A stretch of 42,290 nt of DNA, counting the filler, from Candidatus Woesearchaeota archaeon (GTDB taxonomy: Archaea > Nanobdellota > Nanobdellia > Woesearchaeales > BM511), in assembly GCA_023266675.1 (NCBI GenBank). It is 3 parts of 3 records of this genome, joined end to end, with 100 filler letters (N's around TTAATTAATTAA, not from the genome) between each part and the next. Parts side by side here need not be neighbours in the genome. Positions count along the whole stretch, not along the records: positions 1 to 14,403 come from JAHFPP010000036.1; 2 more parts are not named here. The stretch is one strand, 5' to 3'. Made by a program: the position numbers and the translations under genes. The notes beneath the pieces are model-generated. The model was not told where the DNA came from. It searched no databases and saw only the letters and a list, made by a program, of their open reading frames with translations. Shown here in pieces: positions 1 through 9,202 of the stretch (the stretch's first letter is position 1; each line of letters opens with the position of its first letter).

Positions 1-501
1 ATCGCCTATCTTGTACCCATGTAATGGTTCAAATCTTGTTTCTTTACTTCCTTTTGAATTATATACTACCTCGATAGGAATATCTTTGACATCATTTATA
101 TTTAATCCGGCTCTTCTAAAAATAAGAAATTTCACTTCATCTGGTGTTAATCGGTCCGGCATATTATCGTTATCGCCTGTTGAAAGTCTTACAGTATCCA
201 TGGTGTCATTATACATAAATAATAGGTCATACAGAGTTCTTTCTTTAGTTATTAATGAGATTTTTTCAGAATTAATATGTGTTAATGATGGGATATCACC
301 TAATTTTTCTATTCTTCCACAATTTTTTTTAAAATAGTTAATATCACTTTGATAATCTTCCAATCCTGTTTGAAATAAATATAATCCCCCATATTTAGAA
401 AAATCATTTGGTGAGAGAGATGATTCTAATGTCACGCCTGCATCAGTATGTCCATACGGCACAGGTATATAACTACCATCTAGTTTTAAATTCAATAACA
501 T
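1..501 (-). CDS. hypothetical protein, 3'-truncated by window edge
   Basis: Manually translated: ATG at 501 opens MLLNLKLDGSYIPVPYGHTDAG...PLHGYKIGD, 167 codons with no stop to position 1. AT-rich TATA-like sequence lies upstream. Not in the ORF track. Confidence 0.7.
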   Translation of the reverse strand, partial: MLLNLKLDGSYIPVPYGHTDAGVTLESSLSPNDFSKYGGLYLFQTGLEDYQSDINYFKKNCGRIEKLGDIPSLTHINSEKISLITKERTLYDLLFMYNDTMDTVRLSTGDNDNMPDRLTPDEVKFLIFRRAGLNINDVKDIPIEVVYNSKGSKETRFEPLHGYKIGD

Positions 502-647
502 AATATTAAAATTTTTGATTTATATTTAAATTTATCTATCTAAACCTATCCTTAAGTGGTAACATATTCTAAGTCTTACGAATTTAAAATTTCTTGATTA
601 AGATTACACAGAATTAAACAAAAAAAAATAATTAGAACTTAATAAAA

Positions 648-1367
648 TCATTTGTTCTGGTTTTCTTTCTCATCATTCTTTTTCTTGTTAAATCGTTCCC
701 TCATTAAGTCAAAGAATCTTCTGCCTGCTTTTGAAAGCTTCTTAGCGCTGTCCTGGGTGTTATCTATTGTTCGTCCAAGCACGTTGTAATGCCATACTGC
801 CCAGTCAAGGTCTTTGATTCTTCCGCCGCCACCGTTTCCGCCAGCTCTTTGGTCTTCAAAGATTACAAGGTTTTCTATCCTTAATTTTAATGGCTCAGGA
901 ACTGTTTCATCAGGGTATCCTAGAGGAAGAACAACTTGTGGTCTGTATCTATGCCCCATATTCAAAGTTTTATTTATTGATTCTTCATTGAAAGCACTTA
1001 TCCAGCAGCTTGAAAGTCCTTGAGCGTGCGCTGCAAGAAGCATGTTCTCAGCTACTGCTGCGCAATTTTGAATTGAGTATAACCTTTCTCCTCTGACTCC
1101 GTAGAATTGGGATGCCTTGTCTGGCTCTGATGCAATGACTATTATTACAGGTGCAGTCGCTATCCATCCCTGCTGCACGCACGCATCTGCAATTTTCTGT
1201 TTTAAGTCCATTTGTGTAACATAAAAGAATTTCCAGTTTTGAATGTTACCGCTGCTTGGCGCTTTTGCTCCTGCTTCAAAAATTATACCAAGCTTAGTCC
1301 TTTCTATCTCCACATCCATAAATTTACGAATGGAGCGGCGGGTCATTATACATTCAATTGCATCCAT
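648..1367 (-). CDS. nitroreductase family protein
   Basis: RRSIRKF FMN-binding motif, APSSGNIQNWKF, LLAAHAQGLSSCWI, LPLGYP. Confidence 0.9.
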   Translation of the reverse strand: MDAIECIMTRRSIRKFMDVEIERTKLGIIFEAGAKAPSSGNIQNWKFFYVTQMDLKQKIADACVQQGWIATAPVIIVIASEPDKASQFYGVRGERLYSIQNCAAVAENMLLAAHAQGLSSCWISAFNEESINKTLNMGHRYRPQVVLPLGYPDETVPEPLKLRIENLVIFEDQRAGGNGGGGRIKDLDWAVWHYNVLGRTIDNTQDSAKKLSKAGRRFFDLMRERFNKKKNDEKENQNK

Positions 1368-1415
1368 ATGGATATATTTTTAAATATTCTACTATTTATA
1401 TCTTTTTATAATCGA

Positions 1416-1539
1416 CCTCATAAAAACTGAAAAACAGTTTTTAGGACGCAGAAAATGCTTTTTGCATTTTCAAGCGTTTTAGAAAAAGCTCGAGCAAAAC
1501 ATGGCCTATTCAAATATGTTTGAATAGTCCTCATAAAAA
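1416..1539. repeat. multi-hairpin palindromic element bounded by 11-bp direct repeat CCTCATAAAAA
   Basis: Direct repeats at 1416-1426 and 1529-1539. Hairpins TAAAAACTG/CAGTTTTTA, GAAAATGC/GCATTTTC and CTATTCAAA/TTTGAATAG; palindrome GCTCGAGC. Confidence 0.6.
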
Positions 1540-1550
1540 AAACATCTAAA

Positions 1551-3335
1551 ATGGATTACTCAGAACTCGTAGAAGTATATGAAAAGATTGAAGGAACAAG
1601 TAAGCGTCTTCTTAAAACGTATTATATCTCTGAGCTATTAAAAAAGACAAGCGTTGAAGACCTGGAGATAATTATGCTTCTGCTTCAAGGAAAAATTTTT
1701 CCTGCGTGGGATGAAACAAAGATAGGCATGTCTGACAAGCTAATCCTTAAAGCAATAAACAAAGCAACTGGCGCTGATGCCAAAAAGATTGAATCTGAAT
1801 GGAAAAAAATTGGAGACTTGGGAAAAGTCACTTATAACCTAACGCACACAAAAAGCCAGGCTACTTTGTTTTCTTCAAAATTAACAATAAAAAAAGTTTT
1901 TGATAATATCAGAAAACTTGCAACACTTACTGGCGAAGGCACAGTTGACAAAAAAGTCTCGCTAGTTTCTGAGCTTATGACAAGCGCAAGTCCATCTGAA
2001 GCCAAGTATATAGTAAGAACTGTTCTTGAGGAACTCAGGGTTGGCGTTGGCGAAAGCTCATTAAGGGATGCGATTGTCTGGGCTTACTTTGGAGAAGAGA
2101 TAGGTGTAAAGTATGATTTTGAGAAGAATGATATCATGCTTGATGATGAAAAAAGAGAGAAGTACAAAGATATTGTTGACACAACCCAAAGGGCGTTTGA
2201 CCTTACAAACGAGTTTTCAGAGGTTGCAAAGGCTGCCAAAACAGTAGGTATCACTGGTCTTCTTGATATGAAGCTTTTACCAGGTAAGCCAATTAAAGTC
2301 ATGCTTTGCCAAAAGGTTGCATCAGTTGAAGAAGGTTTTGAAACAGTTGGAACGCCAGCCCAGATTGAATATAAGTATGATGGGTTTCGGATGCAGATTC
2401 ATAAAATTGATAATAAAATTAATATATATACAAGGCGCCTTGAGAACGTTACAGCCCAGTTTCCTGAAGTTGCGGCCACAGTTTCAAAGCATGTTAAAGG
2501 TGAAGAATTCTTAATAGATGGCGAGGCAGTAGGTTTTGACCCATCAACATCCAAATATCTACCTTTTCAAAGCGTGTCTCAAAGGATAAGGCGAAAATAT
2601 GATATTGAAGAGACTGCCAAAGACCTTCCGATTGAGCTTAATCTTTTTGATATATTATACCATGATGGAAAAGATTACTCCGAAGTCCCTTTAAATGAAA
2701 GAAGGGAGTTTTTGGAAAAGATAGTTGAGCAGGTCAAGCGAAAGATTGTGATTGCAAAAGTTGATTATACTGATAACGTTGAAGAAGCAAGAAGATTCTA
2801 TGAAGAAGCCTTGAAAGCCGGAAATGAAGGAATCATTATGAAAAGGCATGACTCTGTTTACAAGCCAGGCTCAAGGGTTGGCGGATGGGTCAAGATTAAA
2901 CCGGTTATGGAATCTTTGGATGTTGTTATTGTTGGCGCGGAGTGGGGCGAAGGCAAAAGATCTGGCTGGCTTACAAGCTTCACAATCGGAGTACTTGATG
3001 AATCTGGCTTACCAGTTGAGATTGGTAAAGTTGGAACAGGCATAAAAGAACTTGACCAAACTGAGCTTGAAGGTGAAGGGGTTACGTTTGAAGTGCTTAC
3101 TAATTTATTGAAACCTTTGATTATAAGCGAGAAAGGCAAGGAAGTAAAGGTCAAACCTAAGATTGTGATTGAAGTTCATTATGAAGAAATTCAGAAAAGC
3201 CCAACCTATAGTTCAGGGTACGCGCTACGGTTTCCTAGGCTAACAAGGCTTCGGGCTGACAGAGGTGTTGATGACGCAAGCACGCTTGACCTCGTTGAAG
3301 AATTTTATTTTGCACAAAGAGGACGCGGGAATTAA
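1551..3335 (+). CDS. lig: ATP-dependent DNA ligase
   Basis: Motif I EYKYDGFR, IDGEAV, FDILY, EGIIMK, WVKIK, OB-fold LRFPRLTRLRAD; archaeal size of 594 aa. Confidence 0.97.
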   Translation: MDYSELVEVYEKIEGTSKRLLKTYYISELLKKTSVEDLEIIMLLLQGKIFPAWDETKIGMSDKLILKAINKATGADAKKIESEWKKIGDLGKVTYNLTHTKSQATLFSSKLTIKKVFDNIRKLATLTGEGTVDKKVSLVSELMTSASPSEAKYIVRTVLEELRVGVGESSLRDAIVWAYFGEEIGVKYDFEKNDIMLDDEKREKYKDIVDTTQRAFDLTNEFSEVAKAAKTVGITGLLDMKLLPGKPIKVMLCQKVASVEEGFETVGTPAQIEYKYDGFRMQIHKIDNKINIYTRRLENVTAQFPEVAATVSKHVKGEEFLIDGEAVGFDPSTSKYLPFQSVSQRIRRKYDIEETAKDLPIELNLFDILYHDGKDYSEVPLNERREFLEKIVEQVKRKIVIAKVDYTDNVEEARRFYEEALKAGNEGIIMKRHDSVYKPGSRVGGWVKIKPVMESLDVVIVGAEWGEGKRSGWLTSFTIGVLDESGLPVEIGKVGTGIKELDQTELEGEGVTFEVLTNLLKPLIISEKGKEVKVKPKIVIEVHYEEIQKSPTYSSGYALRFPRLTRLRADRGVDDASTLDLVEEFYFAQRGRGN

Positions 3336-3398
3336 ATAAGTAATTTAAATCGTTTTTTGACTAAATAAAATGCTTGGTTGAATTTTTTTAACCACTGT

Positions 3399-3444
3399 TA
3401 TTTCATTTATGGAATAGTATTTCAAAAATGGAAACATTTAAATA
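3399..3444 (+). promoter_or_regulatory. tandem palindromic operator sites overlapping the BRE/TATA promoter of the HTH gene
   Basis: TATTTCA-N4-TGGAA at 3399 and 3418 (19-bp period), followed by GAAACATTTAAATA about 25 nt before ATG 3470. Confidence 0.55.
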
Positions 3445-3469
3445 GTTGCTATGTTAAGATAATTTTTTA

Positions 3470-4009
3470 ATGGAACAGCTAACGCTTTTGGAAAAACTTA
3501 TTGAACCAAAAGTTTTGAAGATTTTACAGGTATTTTTTGAAGATGAAGATAAAGATTTTTACCTAATTGAGTTATCCAAGCGCTGCGGCACACCGCCTGC
3601 CTCAACGTTTAGGATAATCAAAAAACTTAGCTCACTTGGCATAATAACCCTTGTCATGGTTAGCAAGTTTAAGTTTTACCGATTCAACAAAACAAAGGAG
3701 ACTGATGCGCTTCGAAACATCATAAAAAAGGATAAAAAGATACTTGACCTCTTTGTCGAGAAAGCAAGGGAGATTGAAGGACTTCGCCAGATAGTGCTCC
3801 ATGGCGCTGAAACAAAGGACAAGGCAGACATATTGCTTGTTGGGGAAGCTATAGATACCACCTTTGTCAAATCAATAGTATTTGAGATTAAAGAGAAATA
3901 TAACTTCACAATATCATGGCTGCCACTAGCTGAATCACAATATGAACAAATGATCTCAATGGGGCTTTACAATGAAGAAAAGAGAACTTTATTTTTGCGA
4001 AAAACATGA
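3470..4009 (+). CDS. winged-helix DNA-binding protein with degenerate nucleotidyltransferase-like C-terminal domain
   Basis: N-terminal wHTH (FYLIELSKRCGTPPASTFRIIKKLSSLGII). C-terminal IVLHGA...KADILLVG resembles an MNT fold lacking intact GS/DxD motifs. Confidence 0.7.
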   Translation: MEQLTLLEKLIEPKVLKILQVFFEDEDKDFYLIELSKRCGTPPASTFRIIKKLSSLGIITLVMVSKFKFYRFNKTKETDALRNIIKKDKKILDLFVEKAREIEGLRQIVLHGAETKDKADILLVGEAIDTTFVKSIVFEIKEKYNFTISWLPLAESQYEQMISMGLYNEEKRTLFLRKT

Positions 4010-4444
4010 AAAATATTTTAAAAATGAAAAAAGCCGTTTTTATCCTCAGAAAACAGAATGCCAAACCAGTATACATTTTAGGTAAATAATAGCGAAAATA
4101 GAAACATTTAAATACTAGTAATATGTATATAAAAAAAGAAGTGTGAGTTTTTTTGGCGAAAAACCCTACTTTATTTGGCGCGTATCGACGATAAATTTTT
4201 TGACAATTTGTTTTCAAATAGTTAAAAAAATTGTCTGAATTAATACCGAAAGACCTTTTGGCGAAGGTAATTGGCTGTTTTCTGAAAAGAATAGAGTATT
4301 AGGTAGTATATAAATCTTTTGATTTATAGCTAAAGCTATGCTAAACCTGTTCAAAAGTAAAGTAAGTATTACACTCATAATATATCACAAGATATATTAT
4401 CATGGCAAAAGAGAAAAAAAACACCTAAAAGGGGGCACGAAAAA

Positions 4445-5518
4445 ATGGAATTCATGGCGGAAAATAAAAGAACTCCAGGAAAACTGGAAGATTATGGAAT
4501 ACAAGTAGGACATGCAAACATTAAAGTAATTGGATGCGGTGGCGCAGGTAACAATATGGTTAACTGGCTATATAAGAAAGGCATCAAAGGAGCAGAAATA
4601 ATTGCTTGCAACACAGATTTACAACATCTTCAGATAACTGAAGCTGATAAAAAATTCCTTATAGGCAAGGAAGTCACAAGAGGACTAGGATGCGGAGGCT
4701 TCCCAGAAAGAGGAGCAGAAGCGGCACAGGAAAGCCTAACAGAAATCAAAGAATCACTTAGAGGCGCAGATATGTGCTTTGTATGCGCAGGTATGGGTGG
4801 CGGAACAGGAACAGGTTCAGCACCAGTAGTAGCAGGCGTAGCAAAAGACGTTGGCGCTATAGTAATTGGAACAGTAACAATGCCATTCAAGATTGAACGA
4901 GCAAGAGTAGACAAAGCAGAATTTGGACTGCAGCAGCTAAGACAAGTCTCAGACACAGTAATAGTAATTGACAACAACAGACTAGTCCAAATCGCTGGCG
5001 ACCTACCTGTACAGCAGGCTTTCGCAGTAGCAAACGAGCTAGTTTCAACAATGATTAAAGGAATCGTTGAAACAATCGCAGTACCATCCCTAGTCAACCT
5101 TGACTTTGCAGACGTAAAGGCAATAATGACAAACGGTGGAGTAGCAGTAATTGGTGTTGGTGCATCAGACACAAACAACAAAGTTGAAGAAGCTGTAAAA
5201 GGAGCTTTATCAAACCCGCTGCTTGAAATAAGCTATGAAGGAGCAACAGGAGCATTAATCCATGTTGAAGGAGGCCCTGATTTAACACTCGAAGAAATCG
5301 CACGAGTCGGTGAACTAGTAACCGAAAGCTTAGACGAAGACGCAAACGTCATCTGGGGCGCAAGAGTCACAGAAGACATGAAAGGAAAGTTAACAGTAAT
5401 GACAATAATTACTGGAGTCAAAAGCCCATGGATTCTAGGACGATCCGAAAACAAAAAAGTTCAACGCCAAAGAGCCGCCATGATGAGCGATGAACTAGGA
5501 ATAGAAATCGTGAGGTAA
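4445..5518 (+). CDS. ftsZ: cell division protein FtsZ
   Basis: VIGCGGAGNN, tubulin signature GMGGGTGTG, T7 loop NLDFADV, VIWGAR. Confidence 0.98.
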   Translation: MEFMAENKRTPGKLEDYGIQVGHANIKVIGCGGAGNNMVNWLYKKGIKGAEIIACNTDLQHLQITEADKKFLIGKEVTRGLGCGGFPERGAEAAQESLTEIKESLRGADMCFVCAGMGGGTGTGSAPVVAGVAKDVGAIVIGTVTMPFKIERARVDKAEFGLQQLRQVSDTVIVIDNNRLVQIAGDLPVQQAFAVANELVSTMIKGIVETIAVPSLVNLDFADVKAIMTNGGVAVIGVGASDTNNKVEEAVKGALSNPLLEISYEGATGALIHVEGGPDLTLEEIARVGELVTESLDEDANVIWGARVTEDMKGKLTVMTIITGVKSPWILGRSENKKVQRQRAAMMSDELGIEIVR

Positions 5519-5534
5519 AAATCAAGAACTTCTT

Positions 5535-5620
5535 GCCTTCACCATTTCTAAATCACCCCCGACGATAAAGAGCGGTGAAGGCGCATTTTTCTATCTCTCC
5601 GCAAGGAGAGATTCTTTTTT
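5535..5620 (+). terminator. double stem-loop plus U tract downstream of ftsZ
   Basis: GCCTTCACC (5535-5543) pairs with GGTGAAGGC (5574-5582). ATCTCTCC-GCAA-GGAGAGAT (5593-5612) is followed by TCTTTTTT. Confidence 0.65.
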
Positions 5621-5643
5621 AATTATTCAGAAAAAAATAAGAA

Positions 5644-5904
5644 TTATTTTAGTTTTTGTATTTCTCCTATACCAATAACACGAGTCATATCTAGTCTTAA
5701 AGGTATACCTTCCTCTTTATTTAGTAAAAATTCAAGTCCCTTATCGGTAGGACATATATCCATGATGTTTTGTGCATTAGTTAATACTAAAGCATGTTCA
5801 TTTCCATAGCTTAAAATCCCAATATAATTTGGATTTACATGTGCATCTGTTAAGACTACAACATAACTTTGTTCTTTTGGAAACCCAATTTTATCATATT
5901 TCAT
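5644..5904 (-). CDS. hypothetical protein
   Basis: 86-aa ORF with AGGTGAT Shine-Dalgarno and an upstream TTTATAAA box. Confidence 0.7.
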   Translation of the reverse strand: MKYDKIGFPKEQSYVVVLTDAHVNPNYIGILSYGNEHALVLTNAQNIMDICPTDKGLEFLLNKEEGIPLRLDMTRVIGIGEIQKLK

Positions 5905-6044
5905 ATTATCACCTTTTTTATTATCTCTTTGTTATTATGATTTATGTCTTAGAATATGATGAATACTTTCAACTTTATAAACTTTTCTATAATTTAGTAC
6001 TTTAAAGTGACAAATTTATAAATAAGAACATTTTTCTATATTTT

Positions 6045-6647
6045 ATGTTAATAATTCCTTTTGATAATCAACCTTTAGAGGATAGATGCGTTGAACTAGA
6101 TGGAGAAGGTATTGATAAGAATTGTTTTGCTGGTCAAGATTCAGTTGTATTTAAAGATGTAAGAAACAACAATGCAATTCATGTTTATGGCAATGGTGTT
6201 TCACTTGATAGAATTGTAGGGTATGCGAAATGTGTTAATCATGCTGAAGAATTTCTAAAAGTGCATCCTTTTGAAGAAACAGCAACATTTGATGAAACCA
6301 AGTATAATGTACAAGTTTATGTAAATCCCATAGCTGACGTTGGTGAAAAGGAGTTTAGCGCAAAAAACAGAAGAGATAAACGTGTTTATTCTGTTAGTCC
6401 TTTTATAGATGGATCATCTTTATGTTGGCCCGGCAGATCAGATGATAAAGAGCAACTTGAAGTTGCTAAATGTTTTAATATATTATTTTACGATAGACTC
6501 AATGAGTATATGCTTTCTAAAAGTGGATTAGGCGGGGTAGATATTCATCCTGTTAATGTCAAATACAGAGTTGATAAAGAACAAAAAAGAATAACATTGA
6601 TAATTACTGACCTTGCTAAAGATATAAATATTGTTTATATGAAATGA
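6045..6647 (+). CDS. hypothetical protein
   Basis: 200-aa ORF with TTTATAAA about 23 nt upstream; no recognised motif. Confidence 0.7.
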   Translation: MLIIPFDNQPLEDRCVELDGEGIDKNCFAGQDSVVFKDVRNNNAIHVYGNGVSLDRIVGYAKCVNHAEEFLKVHPFEETATFDETKYNVQVYVNPIADVGEKEFSAKNRRDKRVYSVSPFIDGSSLCWPGRSDDKEQLEVAKCFNILFYDRLNEYMLSKSGLGGVDIHPVNVKYRVDKEQKRITLIITDLAKDINIVYMK

Positions 6648-6700
6648 TTATATAGTTATAACTAATTTATGTTCTCTAGTTTAAAAAAATTCTAAGAATT

Positions 6701-7219
6701 TCAAATATGTTTATACAGTCTTGTAGTCGTTTCAAGCATTACCATAAATGGCAAATCAGTAGCTTTGCTTGTATCGACAACTCTGATAGGTTTTAAGTTT
6801 GAGGTTTCAAATGCTATAGCTACACCAATATCTTCTTCCGGAATTTGTGCAATAACTTCTGCAATAGTGCCTTGAAAATGATTAAAATTATAATGTTGGA
6901 ATTCGTGCAAAGTTGTTATATCCTTATAGGGAGTTAATCCTTTTGCAAGAGTTGTAGGTCTTGAATATTGTGTAAATGGTTGATTTTTAAGTGCCTTTAA
7001 GTCAGTACTTAAAATAGCTATATAATATAGCTCCCCTGTAATATCTTCCCATGTAAATTTTGCGCCTTTATGAAAATCACCATGATGCGGAGGGAAATTT
7101 AATACTCGTCTAACTGGTTTTATTGAATTAAGTCTTTCTACGAGAGTCTTGTCAGATATTTCAGGTATTTTTTCACCATTCCAGGGAATCCATGGACCAA
7201 AATCATTTAATTGTGCCAT
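6701..7219 (-). CDS. hypothetical protein
   Basis: 172-aa ORF with a TATA box about 25 nt upstream; no recognised motif. Confidence 0.7.
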   Translation of the reverse strand: MAQLNDFGPWIPWNGEKIPEISDKTLVERLNSIKPVRRVLNFPPHHGDFHKGAKFTWEDITGELYYIAILSTDLKALKNQPFTQYSRPTTLAKGLTPYKDITTLHEFQHYNFNHFQGTIAEVIAQIPEEDIGVAIAFETSNLKPIRVVDTSKATDLPFMVMLETTTRLYKHI

Positions 7220-7318
7220 TTAAAGTAAGAAATAAAAAGATTATTTATAAATATTTCTACGTTTAAGTGATGAAAATAAATCTCAATGTTTAAATAGAAA
7301 ACTTTATTCTCGTTTATC

Positions 7319-8128
7319 ATGACATTATATATGATTGGGCTTGGGCTTTATGATGAGAAAGACATAACAGTTAAAGGTCTTGAGACTGTAAAGAAGTGCG
7401 ACTACGTATATCTAGAGCATTATACTAGTGTTCTTGGTGTGAAAGTTGGGAAGTTAGAACATTTTTATCGTAAAAAGATTATTATTGCTGACAGGGATTT
7501 GGTTGAAAAACAGGCTGATGAGATTGTCTTAAAAGCCAAAACAAAGAACGTTGCCTTTCTTGTTGTTGGAGACGTGTTTTCCGCAACAACCCACACTGAT
7601 TTGGTAATCCGTGCAAAAGAGGAGGATGTCAAAGTTGAAGTCATAAACAACACGTCTGTAATGACAGCTGTGGGCATCACTGGTCTTGAGCTTTACAAAT
7701 TTGGCAAAACAACATCGATAACGTTTCCTGAAAGTGGGTTTAATCCGACAACACCTTATGAAGTCATCTCAAAAAACAAGCTTCACGGACTTCACACTCT
7801 TTGCCTTCTTGATATAAAAATGGCTGAGTCATCAAAAGAGGATTTAATGAAAGGAGTAAAAAATCCTTTGCCGCCAAAGTTTATGACGGTGAGTGAAGGA
7901 ATAAATTATCTGCTTGAGATTGAAAATGATAAAAAACAGAATGTTTTTACTGAGAACACAATAATTGTTGGATGTGCAAGGCTTGGAGCACCAGACCAGA
8001 AAATCGTTTCAGGCACTGTAAAAGAGCTTTTATCAATTGATTTTGGAAAACCTTTGCATTGTCTTATTGTTACTGGAAATCTTCATTTTATTGAGGAACA
8101 GGCGCTTGAATATTATAGGAAAAGATAA
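7319..8128 (+). CDS. dph5: diphthine synthase
   Basis: LYMIGLGLYDEKDITVKG, LEHYTS, GDVFSATTH, LYKFGKT, GLHTLCLLDIK, PLHCLIV. Confidence 0.97.
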   Translation: MTLYMIGLGLYDEKDITVKGLETVKKCDYVYLEHYTSVLGVKVGKLEHFYRKKIIIADRDLVEKQADEIVLKAKTKNVAFLVVGDVFSATTHTDLVIRAKEEDVKVEVINNTSVMTAVGITGLELYKFGKTTSITFPESGFNPTTPYEVISKNKLHGLHTLCLLDIKMAESSKEDLMKGVKNPLPPKFMTVSEGINYLLEIENDKKQNVFTENTIIVGCARLGAPDQKIVSGTVKELLSIDFGKPLHCLIVTGNLHFIEEQALEYYRKR

Positions 8129-8333
8129 AAAAAATTCTAGGCTATTTAGTCAAATAAGATATCAGTATACAAATAGATATATTTATATAGAGGTTATATC
8201 ATAAGTTAAAGGTTAATGAGTCAAAATCGATTAACAAGTCTTGAAGTTTTAAATAATAAATTTATAGATAAACAGATTATTTCCAGAAATCTTTCTTTTC
8301 ATTTGTCGGGATATAAGGTATATAATGTAGGAG

Positions 8334-8639
8334 ATGGTAAAAGTGGCAAGTCTTAATGGTTTAGATGCGAGAGTTGAAAGTGCTCCGATACAATGGGTAA
8401 CTATTGATAGAAGAGTGGAACATAACGAGAGCGGTGCTATACAACCATGTTTATACCAGTTAGCGCCAAATGAAGGACTTGTAAGTGCCCATATAATGGG
8501 TAAAACACCTGATGGAAGACCTGTTGGTAATTGTTATGAATGTAAAAGTAATGTTTTAAATCGTAGATGCGGAGATTATAGAGTTATATCTCCTCTTTCT
8601 TCGGATATGAGACATGAACCTTATGTATACGATGAGTGA
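8334..8639 (+). CDS. hypothetical protein
   Basis: 101-aa ORF with an upstream GGAG and a CxxC (CYEC) motif. Confidence 0.55.
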   Translation: MVKVASLNGLDARVESAPIQWVTIDRRVEHNESGAIQPCLYQLAPNEGLVSAHIMGKTPDGRPVGNCYECKSNVLNRRCGDYRVISPLSSDMRHEPYVYDE

Positions 8640-8747
8640 TTTAGGTCTTAAAAAAATTTGTTTATTATTTTTATAGTACATATTCTTAAAACAACAATCT
8701 ATTTAAATAAGTAGTTATTATATAGTGATAACATTTATAAAAATTAG

Positions 8748-9179
8748 ATGGATGTGAAAAAGATGGCTCAAATTGTTGATAATATTAAAGGAAGAATTCA
8801 AAGTTTGGAATCTGTTTTTGGAGATTTTGAAAAAAACCCAACACCTGAAGGTTTTGCAACTTCAATTCGCGCATTATGCAATGATGACCCTGAGTTTAAA
8901 ACAGTTTATGGACGTGTAGGTTCAAATACTGCATTGCAATTATATATTAGTGCTCTTAATAAAGCAGCGAACAATGAATGGAATATTATGAATGAGATCA
9001 CATTAAAATTAAATCAAGTAAAATATGACGGTGCATCGCTTCTTTTAGGATATGAAGTAACACACCAAGTAGATATTCCGCAAGGATTTAACCCTGATTT
9101 ACCTCCTGCTTTTTTTGATAGAGAAAGCAGTTTTTCAGTAGCGTATGACAGACCGGATGGAAATTTTGGAAATCATTAA
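8748..9179 (+). CDS. hypothetical protein
   Basis: 143-aa ORF with upstream TTTAAATA. Confidence 0.65.
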   Translation: MDVKKMAQIVDNIKGRIQSLESVFGDFEKNPTPEGFATSIRALCNDDPEFKTVYGRVGSNTALQLYISALNKAANNEWNIMNEITLKLNQVKYDGASLLLGYEVTHQVDIPQGFNPDLPPAFFDRESSFSVAYDRPDGNFGNH

Positions 9180-9202
9180 TTTAGTTTTTTACAATTTTTA
9201 GT

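Noticed and set aside
11..337. 108-aa plus-strand ORF
   Set aside because: Antisense to a longer open frame on the minus strand (1-501) that has more protein-like composition.
4630..5454. Long antisense ORFs over ftsZ (likewise over the S-layer gene, lig, eif2a, gatE and others)
   Set aside because: Shadow frames caused by codon bias of the real genes; no motifs or translation signals.
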